From contig CAXXTH010000017.1 of assembly GCA_963668025.2 (NCBI GenBank), forward strand, positions 640,001 through 704,000: a stretch of DNA of 64,000 nucleotides. Direction: 5' to 3'. Made by a program: the position numbers and the translations under genes. The first letter of the stretch is position 1. The number at the start of each line of letters is the position of its first letter. Below, one piece after another: positions 1 to 9,322 of this stretch. Source of the DNA: Candidatus Hydrogenedentota bacterium. Its GTDB lineage: Bacteria; Hydrogenedentota; Hydrogenedentia; Hydrogenedentales; SLHB01. Under the pieces are notes generated by a model, which did no database searches, was not told where the DNA came from, and saw only the letters and a program-made list of their open reading frames with translations.

Positions 1-153
1 CGGAAAATGGCAAAATTCTGTCATAATGACAAACATGCTATCCGGTTGGCGCTTATAAAACGCCAAATCGTTGCCACATCATCCGCGTCTTCCCGAGGAT
101 CAAAATCTTCGGACTCTTCGCGGAAGCTCCAACATACTGGTGGAGAGCCAGGC

Positions 154-355
154 CAGGCAAATCACGTTAAAAACTACCCCGAATTGGCCTCAAGAGACAC
201 AAAAAACGCAATAATCCGTTCATTTTGTGTCTTTTGCGCCTTTTGTGGCTCATTTTCTGGAAATGAGGGGAGTGGCATGTCAGATATGTTTGGACGAACA
301 AACACAAATACGCTGATAAGAGGGAAAAGCACCCTTTCTTAATGCGATTGCCCTG
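154..355. mobile_element. Putative ~200-bp MITE with ISAs1-like ends
   Basis: Imperfect terminal inverted repeats CAGGCAAATCACGTTAAAAA (154-173) and the reverse complement of 336-355 (CAGGGCAATCGCATTAAGAA). Flanks gagccaggc / ctgccaggc resemble a target duplication. Internal palindrome at ~187-250. Confidence 0.4.
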
Positions 356-437
356 CTGCCAGGCCCCATTGCATCCTGCATTTCAACGGGCTACAGTATA
401 CAAGTAAAATCCATTACATCGGTTCAAGGAGGTTTAT

Positions 438-878
438 ATGACGATTCGAACTCTCGTCCAAGATGCGCTCAAAGAGGCCATGAAAAACAAAGATACCTTT
501 CGGCTCGAATGCCTGCGTATGGCGAAAGGCGCTTTATTGCTCAAAGAAAAGGAATCCAGCTCAGAGATTACGGAAGAACAAGCCATGGCGGCCCTGCGCG
601 CGGAAGTAAGAAAGCGGCAGCAGAGCATCGAGATTTTCCGACAACACGGGAAAGAAGAGGAAGCCCAAGAGACCGAGCGCGAGATTAGTGTCTTCAACGA
701 GTTTCTCCCCCAGCAACTATCCGAAGAAGAACTCGAAAACCGGGTGCGGGCGTATTTGGCGGCGCATCCCGAGATGAACCATCCCGGCAAACTCACGGGA
801 GCGATAAAAAAAGAACTCGGCGAACAAGCGGATGGCAAAGCCCTCAACGCCATATGCCAGCGAGTGCTTGGCGCATAA
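438..878 (+). CDS. GatB/YqeY domain protein
   Basis: 146 aa, LKEAMKNKD...EVRKRQQSIEIF...E..V..EFLPQQLSEEEL...ADGK pattern typical of YqeY. AGGAGG RBS at 428-433. Confidence 0.9.
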   Translation: MTIRTLVQDALKEAMKNKDTFRLECLRMAKGALLLKEKESSSEITEEQAMAALRAEVRKRQQSIEIFRQHGKEEEAQETEREISVFNEFLPQQLSEEELENRVRAYLAAHPEMNHPGKLTGAIKKELGEQADGKALNAICQRVLGA

Positions 879-891
879 AAAACAAAGTAAA

Positions 892-920
892 GCCTCGGAG
901 AGCTTCAAACCCTCCGAGGC
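892..920 (-). terminator. Intrinsic terminator of the flagellin-flaG operon (possibly bidirectional)
   Basis: GCCTCGGAG...CTCCGAGGC hairpin. The A-rich run at 877-891 gives a U-tract on the minus strand. Confidence 0.7.
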
Positions 921-940
921 GTTCCAAAATTCCAATCTAT

Positions 941-1312
941 TCAGGCCAGTTCGTCGAACAAGAGTCCTTGCACCTGCCGAACCCGCTCCATGATTTGAAG
1001 CTGTTCCTCGGGAGGAATCTGCTGAATGATCTCACCGTCTTGCCCCATAATCTGGGCAATGACCTGTTTGCTTGCTTCATCGAGACGTAGTTTTGTCCCG
1101 GTACGTTCCAGTGCAGCACTCTGAACAGATTGCGCCTTTTCCGTTTGCGAATCGTCGGAAGCTGTCTCCGGCTCCGTCTTTGGCAAGCGCACCATGGGCG
1201 CACTCGCAGCCGCTTCCTCATTCGAGGAGCTTTCTTGCTGCGTAGTCCGAGGCTGGAACTGGGCAGCAAGGGCGGCGCGCACATCTTGACTGGCCACGCT
1301 ATTCACTGCCAT
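941..1312 (-). CDS. flaG: FlaG family flagellar protein
   Basis: C-terminal pattern LRLDEASKQVIAQIM..DGEIIQQIPPEE.L...GLLFD. Directly downstream of flagellins. Confidence 0.85.
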   Translation of the reverse strand: MAVNSVASQDVRAALAAQFQPRTTQQESSSNEEAAASAPMVRLPKTEPETASDDSQTEKAQSVQSAALERTGTKLRLDEASKQVIAQIMGQDGEIIQQIPPEEQLQIMERVRQVQGLLFDELA

Positions 1313-1349
1313 GATCCATTCCTCCTATCAAACACCCGGCACACTGCCG

Positions 1350-2198
1350 CTACCCCAACAACGTAAGTGCATTTTGAGGCAGGATATTTGCCTGAGCAAG
1401 CACCGACGTGCCTGAACTGACGAGGATCTGGTTCCTGGTGAAGCCTATCGTCTCTTTGGCGATATCCGCATCACGAATCTCGCTCTCGGCAGCCGTCGCA
1501 TTTTCTTCCTGCGTCGCCAGATTATTTATCGTGTAATCCAAGCGATTCTGATACGCACCCAACTGGGAGCGCATGGAAGATACGGCGTTAATCGCGTTAT
1601 CAAAGGTTGTGATGGCTGTCTGAGCCGTTGCTTGAGTCGTGAGCGAAGAAGCAACAATCGATGTCGCTCCAATGCTGCCTGCGTTGACCCGGATGCTGTC
1701 CGTCGAGAAATTCAACGTAAACGTCTCGCCGTTCTTCGCGCCGATTTGCAGAGTGATGTTGCCATACCCTGTACCGGTGCTGCTCAGCATATAGATGCCG
1801 TTGAAGTTCGTCTGCGACGCGATCGACTCGATCTGCGCCGTGAGCTGGGCGCGCTCCTTATCGAGTTCCGTCCGGTTGGTGTCCGTATTCGTGCCGTTCG
1901 CGGCCTGCACCGCCAATTCACGCATACGCTGGAGCATATTGCCCACTTCGACCAGCGCGCCTTCCGCCGTCTGCACCATGCTGATGCCGTCTTGCGCATT
2001 GCGCTGCGCCACCTCCGAACCTGTCGCCTGGGCCTTGAATCCCTCAGCGATATACAGGCCAGCCGCATCATCAGCGGCGCGGTTAATCTTCAAACCGCTC
2101 GATAAGCGCTCCAACGACGTATTCAACGCGTCAGATGACTTTTCCAGTGAACGCGAGGCGTTCATTGCCGGAATATTCGTATTGATATTGAGACCCAT
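1350..2198 (-). CDS. fliC: Flagellin (copy 3 of tandem array)
   Basis: INTN...ERLSSGLKINRAADDAAGL, QRMRELAVQAANGT, RSQLGAYQNRL, SEIRDADIA. RBS AAGGAGGG upstream of ATG 2198. Confidence 0.97.
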   Translation of the reverse strand: MGLNINTNIPAMNASRSLEKSSDALNTSLERLSSGLKINRAADDAAGLYIAEGFKAQATGSEVAQRNAQDGISMVQTAEGALVEVGNMLQRMRELAVQAANGTNTDTNRTELDKERAQLTAQIESIASQTNFNGIYMLSSTGTGYGNITLQIGAKNGETFTLNFSTDSIRVNAGSIGATSIVASSLTTQATAQTAITTFDNAINAVSSMRSQLGAYQNRLDYTINNLATQEENATAAESEIRDADIAKETIGFTRNQILVSSGTSVLAQANILPQNALTLLG

Positions 2199-2429
2199 GT
2201 TCAAACCCTCCTTGAGTGCTATACGGGGAGTCCCATCCCCGATCTAAAGGCTCGCCTGTTCAGGCCATCCTCCCATTGGATCACCCTCTTTAGCTCGCCG
2301 CCGGCCTTTCTGCACGGTGTGTCCCTCACCTTACAGTACCGGTTCTCAATCTGTTGGCTTCACCTCCTTCACGCAACGATGTTGCTGGATTGGCGGCATA
2401 CTTCCTCTTTCGCTAACCCATTATTCCCG

Positions 2430-3278
2430 TTATTGAAGCAGTTGAAGCGCTGACTGCGGCAACACATTAGCTTGCGCCAGCATGGAAGTGCCCGCGCTCA
2501 CCAAGATCTGGTTTCGCGTGAAACTAATAGTCTCTGTTGCGATGTCCGCATCACGAATCGCACTTTCCGCCGAGGTCGCATTCTCTTCCTGAACCGCAAG
2601 ATTATTAATCGTATAATCCAAACGATTCTGGTATGCGCCCAACTGGGAACGCATGGAAGACACCGCATTGATCGCGTTGTCAAATGTCGTGATAGCCGTC
2701 TGTGCGGTCGCCTGGGTCGAGAGCGATGACGCCAGAATCGATACCGTCCCAATTGTTCCTGAATTGATCCGGATGCTATCCGTCGAGAAAGTCAACGTGA
2801 AGGTTTCGCCATTCTTCGCGCCGATTTGAAGCGTGATGTTGCCATACCCGGTGCCCGCACTATTGAGCATATAGATGCCATTGAAGTTGGTTTGGGTGGC
2901 GATCGATTCGATCTGCGATGTAAGCTGGGCGCGTTCTTTATCCAATTCCGTCCGGTTGGTGTCCGTATTGGTGCCGTTCGCAGCCTGAACGGCCAATTCG
3001 CGCATCCGCTGGAGCATGTTTCCTACTTCAACCAGCGCGCCTTCCGCCGTCTGCACCATGCTGATGCCGTCTTGCGCATTGCGCTGCGCCACATCCGAAC
3101 CCGTAGCTTGCGCCTTGAATCCTTCTGCAATATATAAGCCCGCGGCATCATCCGCTGCGCGGTTGATCCGCAGACCACTGGATAGCCGTTCCAGCGAGGT
3201 TTCTAAGGCCGATGTCGATTTTTCAAGCGAACGGCTAGTATTCATCGCAGCTATATTTGTATTGATATTAAGGCCCAT
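2430..3278 (-). CDS. fliC: Flagellin (copy 2 of tandem array)
   Basis: Same D0/D1 flagellin motifs, 282 aa, RBS AAGGAGGG. Confidence 0.97.
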   Translation of the reverse strand: MGLNINTNIAAMNTSRSLEKSTSALETSLERLSSGLRINRAADDAAGLYIAEGFKAQATGSDVAQRNAQDGISMVQTAEGALVEVGNMLQRMRELAVQAANGTNTDTNRTELDKERAQLTSQIESIATQTNFNGIYMLNSAGTGYGNITLQIGAKNGETFTLTFSTDSIRINSGTIGTVSILASSLSTQATAQTAITTFDNAINAVSSMRSQLGAYQNRLDYTINNLAVQEENATSAESAIRDADIATETISFTRNQILVSAGTSMLAQANVLPQSALQLLQ

Positions 3279-3490
3279 GTTCTTTCCCTCCTTGAGCGCC
3301 CGGCGGGGAGTCCCTTCCCGCCATAGGGCTAAGTTGAATGTGGTCCATTTCCCAGCGGCCAGCTATGCTCACGCATTGTCCCTTGGCCAGCCGCCGGGAC
3401 ATTTATCTATTCGATATGCGCCCCCTTTCTTGCAAATCGCTTCATTCGTATTACCCTTCCCTTGAGCGCGCTCTACTCTTTCCAGTGTCC

Positions 3491-4342
3491 CTACTGGAGG
3501 AGTTGGAGCGCTGTTTGCGGAACCACGTTGGCCTGTGATAACACCGACGTGCCCGCGCTCACCAATATCTGATTCCTGGTAAAGCTAATCGTCTCTTTAG
3601 CCATATCCGCGTCACGAATCGAGCTTTCAGAGGACGTTGCATTTTCTTCTTGCGTTGCCAAATTGTTAATCGTGTAATCCAGCCGGTTCTGGTAAGCGCC
3701 CAACTGGGAGCGCATGGAAGATACCGCATTGATGGCGCTATCAAATGTCGTGATAGCCGTCTGCGCTGTCGCTTGAGTTGTCAGCGATGACGCCACAATT
3801 GAGGTCGTTCCAATAAGGCCGCCGTTGATGCGGATGTTATCCGTCGCAAAAGTCAGCGTAAGCGTTTCACCCGTTTTTGCGCCAATCTGGAGCGTAACAT
3901 TCCCATACCCCACACCTGCGGCGTTGAGCATGTACAATCCATTGAAGTTGGTCTGGGTGGCGATGGACTCGATCTGAGATGTTAGCTGCGCTCGCTCTTT
4001 ATCAAGCTCCGTCCGGTTCGTATCCGTATTCGTGCCGTTCGCCGCTTGAACGGCCAATTCACGCATCCGCTGGAGCATATTGCCTACTTCAACCAGTGCG
4101 CCTTCCGCCGTCTGCACCATGCTGATGCCATCTTGCGCATTGCGCTGCGCTACCGCGGAACCTTTCGCCTGCGACCGCAATCCCTCTGCAATATACAGCC
4201 CGGCTGCATCATCCGACGCGCGGTTAATGCGTAATCCACTTGATAGACGTTCGAGGCTGGTATTCAGAGCTTTTGTCGATTTGTTAAGGTTGCGGTTCGT
4301 GTTGATGGCCGCAATATTTGTGTTGACGACTAAACCTGCCAT
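3491..4342 (-). CDS. fliC: Flagellin (copy 1 of tandem array)
   Basis: Flagellin motifs. Start re-called at ATG 4342 (MAGLVVNTN) behind an ACGGAGG RBS rather than the longer track ORF. Confidence 0.95.
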   Translation of the reverse strand: MAGLVVNTNIAAINTNRNLNKSTKALNTSLERLSSGLRINRASDDAAGLYIAEGLRSQAKGSAVAQRNAQDGISMVQTAEGALVEVGNMLQRMRELAVQAANGTNTDTNRTELDKERAQLTSQIESIATQTNFNGLYMLNAAGVGYGNVTLQIGAKTGETLTLTFATDNIRINGGLIGTTSIVASSLTTQATAQTAITTFDSAINAVSSMRSQLGAYQNRLDYTINNLATQEENATSSESSIRDADMAKETISFTRNQILVSAGTSVLSQANVVPQTALQLLQ

Positions 4343-4984
4343 TGCTACATCCTCCGTGAGTACATTGTTGCGTATCCGTACGCAACTGCCCAAAATGCTT
4401 GCACGTTTTCCATAAACGCATCGTCCCAACGCGCCTGAACTATGGAAAAACATGCTCCGCTTCCAAACAATAGGCCCGAAAGCAGAACCCAGCACCGCAT
4501 CCCAGTTCGTATGGCCCCGGCTTCATGCACCTGTCCTTGTGTTATTCCCAAACAGGTATCGCATGCAGCCGCAGGCCCACGGGTCCCATGGAGTGCGCTA
4601 CTGGCGCGGCCACCCCGTTTCATTCCAGCGGCGCGTCCCACCACGCCAGACTAGAAATCCCTCAGCGCCAACTTGGCTTTCCCTGCCTGAACACGCCCGC
4701 CGCGCCGCATCTAACCGTCCCGAAAGAGTGCTTCACGCCTGCCGTGCTCGAGTCGCCGCCGAGCCTCCCCGTGAAAGGGAGACCGGATGTCCGCTCATTC
4801 AACTGTATATCCAGGTCTTGCCCTGGTTAAAGTGCTACTCCTTTCAACCGTCCTCCGTGACGGCCCCTCCGGCTTCTCGCAGCGCCCAGTCCCACCGTGC
4901 GCCACTCGCCGCCTTCGGCGATTTCCAGCATCCTTGCCTTCCGAGCCTCTGGGCGGCTTCACCAGCCACTTTCCAGCGCTCTCG
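4343..4984 (-). promoter_or_regulatory. Long GGA-rich 5' leader of the flagellin operon (candidate CsrA-binding array)
   Basis: Lies between a consensus sigma28 promoter and the first flagellin start. Manual count gives 28 GGA on the transcript strand vs 4 on the other. Includes GCAAGGATGC and the hairpin GTTGCGTA-CGGA-TACGCAAC. Confidence 0.6.
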
Positions 4985-4990
4985 ACGTAT

Positions 4991-5017
4991 TTATCGGCAG
5001 GCTTGAGCCAAACTTTA
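4991..5017 (-). promoter_or_regulatory. Sigma28 (FliA) promoter
   Basis: Minus strand TAAA-GTTTGGCTCAAGCCT(15)-GCCGATAA, an exact match to the sigma28 consensus. Confidence 0.9.
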
Positions 5018-5150
5018 GTCATTTTTTTCGAAACAACTCATTTTTTTTGAAAACAGTTTTTTAGGCGTAAAAACGCTTTGCGCCTGGCCAATCATTGTTC
5101 TAGAATATGCCCATATAAAACCGTACGGTAGTTTCGAGGAGCATACCCAC

Positions 5151-5657
5151 ATGCCTGACGCCGCCAATTTCCGCTTCGACCACTCTCTTGGCCCTATTTA
5201 TGGCTGGTTCAGCGAACGGGGCTTGCGCTGGTTGAAATTGCCCAATCCGGCTCATCAAGCTCCACGCTTGCCCCTACTCCACTCCTCCGTGAACGATATG
5301 CGCGTCTGGACACTCCATGCCGCTCTGGAACGGTATTTCGCGGGCATTCGCCAAGACTTTCAAGAGGTGCCGCTCGACCTTCAGCAAGGCACTCCTTTCC
5401 AGCACAGCGTCTGGCTCACGGCCCGGGATACCGTATGGGGTTGCGCTTCCTCATACGGCGCACTTGCCCGTCAATTGGGTAATCCCAACGCCTCCCGCGC
5501 CGTAGGCCAAGCCCTTGGCGCCAATCCTGTCCCCATACTCGTGCCTTGCCACCGCTTTCTCGCCCACGATGGCCGCTTAGGCGGATTCTCCTGCGGCCTA
5601 GAATGGAAACGGCTCTTGCTCGATACCGAAATAATCTCCGCCAAAACCCGCGATTGA
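5151..5657 (+). CDS. ogt: Methylated-DNA--protein-cysteine methyltransferase
   Basis: GTPFQ..VW, SYGALA, RAVGQALGANP, active-site PCHR. Confidence 0.92.
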   Translation: MPDAANFRFDHSLGPIYGWFSERGLRWLKLPNPAHQAPRLPLLHSSVNDMRVWTLHAALERYFAGIRQDFQEVPLDLQQGTPFQHSVWLTARDTVWGCASSYGALARQLGNPNASRAVGQALGANPVPILVPCHRFLAHDGRLGGFSCGLEWKRLLLDTEIISAKTRD

Positions 5658-5750
5658 TTTCTCCACACAAGAGAGAAATAATGCTTCTACAGATCCACTC
5701 TGACGGCATAGTGAGTATTATAATTATAGTGAGATTAGGGAGAATTCTGA

Positions 5751-6581
5751 ATGCCGGCATGCATCCATGCTCCATTTGAGGTGATTTTTCTAGGCACAAG
5801 CGGCGGATTCATGATTCCCTCGTTTCATTGTCCATGCGAACGATGCCAGGAAGCCCGGCAATCTCCCGCCAAGGCCCGGACCCGTGCATCCGTATTAGTC
5901 CGTGGCGTAGAAACCATCCTCATTGACGCGAGCGCGGACATGGCTCTCCAGTTGGAGCGGGAATCCATTCGCCAAATAGATCGCATGTTTATCACCCACT
6001 GGCACTATGACCACATCCAAGGCTTGCCCGACCTCTTAATGCCCGCTAAGTTCGGAGGATGGAAACCGGTCGAGTTATATTTTCCCTCTCAGATGGCCCA
6101 CCACTTCGATGAAGACTTGGATTACCTGAATGGCATTGTGCAGCTTCATCCCGTTGAGCCAGGCGATTGCCTCGAGCTGCCCGATGGGCGCTGGGAGGTC
6201 GTCAAGACCACCCATACCCCGGAAAGCATCGGATTCATCTTCGGAAAAAAGGAGCGCCTGGCCTATCTGGTCGATGGGGTTGTACCGCCGCTGGAAACAC
6301 AGGAAAGGCTCAAGGACGTCTCTGTCTTGGTATTGGAATCCACCTTCGATGAAATCGAACCGCCCGAGGCGAGGCAATGGCCAAACTTCCATGCCCAGGC
6401 CGCTATCGATTTCTGGAAAAAGACCGGCATTCCTAAGTGCTATCTCACCCATCTGGCGTGCCATAGCTTCATCAATGGCCTGGTCGTGGCGGGCTTTTCA
6501 GACGAGAAACGAAAAGAGCTGGAACAGGCATACTCAGGGCTGGTTTTCGCTCATGACAAGATGCGTTTTCAATTGGCTTAA
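5751..6581 (+). CDS. MBL-fold metallo-hydrolase (PhnP/YycJ-like)
   Basis: FLGTSG..P...CPCERC, THWHYDH (HxHxDH), LTHL, AHD motifs. Confidence 0.85.
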   Translation: MPACIHAPFEVIFLGTSGGFMIPSFHCPCERCQEARQSPAKARTRASVLVRGVETILIDASADMALQLERESIRQIDRMFITHWHYDHIQGLPDLLMPAKFGGWKPVELYFPSQMAHHFDEDLDYLNGIVQLHPVEPGDCLELPDGRWEVVKTTHTPESIGFIFGKKERLAYLVDGVVPPLETQERLKDVSVLVLESTFDEIEPPEARQWPNFHAQAAIDFWKKTGIPKCYLTHLACHSFINGLVVAGFSDEKRKELEQAYSGLVFAHDKMRFQLA

Positions 6582-7338
6582 AGTAAAAACTGATAAAAAG
6601 AAACTCAGCAGCTTCATTTTATCCTTTACATTTTCAACTCCCCTATCAATTAAAAGGGACACGAACATCGAGTGCCATTTCCATATGCAATATCTCCTTT
6701 CCCACATTCCATTGAAGGTGGAACCGCCCATTTATTCCAACATCACCAATGTAATGCGAGCTATACATAAAAGATCCTTTCTCCCCAACAGAATCAAACA
6801 TGCTGGGAGCCTGCCATTTTCTCCTATCAAAATAGTCCTTCCACTTTTTCCTAAACGCCAAGGGGATACTGTATCCTATCCCACGGGAATTGATGTCAAA
6901 ATAGACTTACATCCATCGTTTGTGTATCAGCGAATATCCTCGCATATATCCGAAATATTCATCGATAATCCGGGATGTCTATATAATCATGCTTAAAAAG
7001 CCGCAAAGCGAATGGGTCAATTTATATGTACATTTTGATTTCGGAAACGTTGAGCCGGGACGAGCCGCCCACCTTCCGCACTGCGCCATGCAACCAAAGC
7101 TGCTGGATGAATTTTCAAGCGGCAGCCCCGTTACCTGAAATGATGAAATGTATTATGTATTTAACAATGCCATCCGAAATGATGCCCAAAAAAGCAGCTC
7201 AACATCAGATAGTTCTAAATCCAGCCACGTAGACAGCCAAGATGAACGCTCATCATGGAGATTCCATGCGTGATGTAATTTAGGATTTACTTTTGTGGTG
7301 GGACTGAAAAATGCCTTGTGTTATGCTAAGGGCTTCCA

Positions 7339-8181
7339 TCAGGGATTGATGGGTCCACGACGCTGCTTCTCGAAATCGTCCAATTTACCTCGAGTATGCC
7401 ATCGCAATACGGCCCGAAATAACCATGGCAAGTGCCTTGAGAACAGAAGTAGGAGCTTTCCGTGGCCGGATACCACTACCTCGAAGCGCCGCTTTTCGAG
7501 GCCGTGAAGAATAGTTTTTGCCGCTTGCTGGGGTGATATGGCGAGCCAATTGGGAGCAGGATCAGGGGCGTCCGCATGGAAATTTCCTTCATTATCCACC
7601 TTCCGAAACTCCGTCGCGACAAGGCCGGGCTCGATGCATGTGACCGAAATTCCTCGTTCCGCAAGCTCGTAATAGAGTGATTCCGCAAGGCCGCAGAGGG
7701 CGAATTTGCTGCTGCAATACGCCGAAGCCGATGGAGAAGCCATGCGCCCCATCACGCTGGAAACGATTCCAAGACGCCCTTTGGACACCGCCAAGTGCGG
7801 TAAAACAGCATAAATGGTATCGAGTACGCCGAAGAAATTGGTGTCGAATTGGCGGCGATAATCGCCTGTTTGGAGCTTTTCAAAAGGCCCGCTGACGCCA
7901 AATCCGGCGTTGGCAACCACCACATCGATGCCTCCAAAGGCCTCCACGACGGTCTTCACGGCGGCGTCCAGACTCGCGCGCGACGTGACATCGCACGCTA
8001 CCGCCAGCGATTTCCCTCCCGCCGATTCGATACGCCGCGCCAGCGATTCGATCTTTTCCATCCTTCGAGCAGCCAACGCGACACGCGCTCCCTGCTGGGC
8101 GAAGGCCTCCGCGAGGGCCGCGCCAATCCCCGCCGAAGCGCCCGTGATGAAGACGGATTGGCCTTGATACGTCTGTTTCAT
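7339..8181 (-). CDS. Short-chain dehydrogenase/reductase
   Basis: TGASAGIG, ANAG, YCSSK catalytic motif. Start taken at MKQTYQGQ. Confidence 0.9.
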   Translation of the reverse strand: MKQTYQGQSVFITGASAGIGAALAEAFAQQGARVALAARRMEKIESLARRIESAGGKSLAVACDVTSRASLDAAVKTVVEAFGGIDVVVANAGFGVSGPFEKLQTGDYRRQFDTNFFGVLDTIYAVLPHLAVSKGRLGIVSSVMGRMASPSASAYCSSKFALCGLAESLYYELAERGISVTCIEPGLVATEFRKVDNEGNFHADAPDPAPNWLAISPQQAAKTILHGLEKRRFEVVVSGHGKLLLLFSRHLPWLFRAVLRWHTRGKLDDFEKQRRGPINP

Positions 8182-8223
8182 GCTTGTCACCTTCTTGCGT
8201 TAACTTCAGATTTCCCGAATATG

Positions 8224-9309
8224 CTACCTTGGCGGTTCTCCAGTTGCCCGCTGCAACGGCAGCCGAATCTCGAACAACGCCCCGCCTTCCGCCCGGTTAC
8301 GGTACGTAATCCGCCCGCCATGCGCTAAAATCGTGCGCTGGGCGATGGTAAGGCCAAGCCCTGTCCCGCCTTCTTTCTGGGTAAAGAACGGTGTAAACAG
8401 ATCTTCATCCGCATTAAGATGAATGCCAGGCCCATCGTCGGCGATTTCAAACACCGCATCGCCTCCTTTTTGGATGGCCCGAAACGTCACCTCGCCATTC
8501 TCCGGCGCGGCATCGACCGCATTCACCAAGATATTTCCAAGGGCCTGCGCCACCATTTCGGCATCAACATAACATGTTGAAAGATGCTCTTCGCTCTCAT
8601 ACGCGATCCGAACTTGCTTAGTTTGCGCCCGGCGTCCTCCAAACTGAAGCGCCCGCTCCACGAGATCCCGAGGCGCACACCATTCCGGTTGCATGTCAAA
8701 TGGCTTTGCAAAACCAAGAAACTGGGCTATCGAACGCTCCAAGCTGGTAGCTTCTTGCAGAATGGCCTTGGCATGGCTCCGGCGGGTGTCATCAGCCTCC
8801 ATTCTGCGCATCAACAATTCCGCCATGCCGCTGATCACACTCACTGGATTGCGCAATTCATGCACCACCCCGGCGGTTAATTCCCCCAAGGCGGCCAATT
8901 GTTGATTAGCAGACGCGGCGCGCTCGAGGCGGCGCCACTCCGTAAGGTCCGTAAACAATAAAATGGCACCATTAAAAGGCGCTTCCCCTTCAAGTAAACT
9001 CGCGGATAATCCCACTTCCCGCTCGCCATTTCCGGGCAGCGCCAGCAATACCTCCCGGCGGCTCACCGCTTCGCGGGTCCGGGCCACTTCATCGAAAACA
9101 TCCGCCAATGGCCAGGCCGCCTCGAAATCGCGCAAGCGCATGCCAGGGCGAAGCGCGTGGGGGGGAACACCAAGGCAAGCGCGCGCCGCGGGATTGATAG
9201 TGATAATGGCCCCATCGGCATTCAGGGCGACCACTCCACTGGAAAGGCTCGATATGATTTGTTCGTTATGATCTCGCGAATACGGTGCTGGCTGATTGTT
9301 TTCGTCCAT
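8224..9309 (-). CDS. PAS-domain sensor histidine kinase (NtrB-like, cytoplasmic)
   Basis: N-terminal PAS-like segment, H-box VVHELRNP, N-box NILVNA, DDGPG, FTPFFT, GGTGLGL. Confidence 0.92.
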   Translation of the reverse strand: MDENNQPAPYSRDHNEQIISSLSSGVVALNADGAIITINPAARACLGVPPHALRPGMRLRDFEAAWPLADVFDEVARTREAVSRREVLLALPGNGEREVGLSASLLEGEAPFNGAILLFTDLTEWRRLERAASANQQLAALGELTAGVVHELRNPVSVISGMAELLMRRMEADDTRRSHAKAILQEATSLERSIAQFLGFAKPFDMQPEWCAPRDLVERALQFGGRRAQTKQVRIAYESEEHLSTCYVDAEMVAQALGNILVNAVDAAPENGEVTFRAIQKGGDAVFEIADDGPGIHLNADEDLFTPFFTQKEGGTGLGLTIAQRTILAHGGRITYRNRAEGGALFEIRLPLQRATGEPPR

Positions 9310-9322
9310 GCCGCCTGCCTCC

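Noticed and set aside
7-342. 111-aa plus-strand ORF
   Set aside because: It runs through the MITE-like repeat and palindrome and has no protein-like motif.
4345-5050. Several 70-180-aa ORFs in the flagellin upstream region, and the 51-aa N-terminal extension of flagellin 1
   Set aside because: Compositions are not protein-like and RBSs are poor. The flagellin start at 4342 has a clear RBS and matches its paralogues.
6130-6996. 288-aa ORF overlapping the MBL hydrolase
   Set aside because: The first half is an alternative frame of a well-supported gene. Only the AT-rich tail is noted as a possible remnant.
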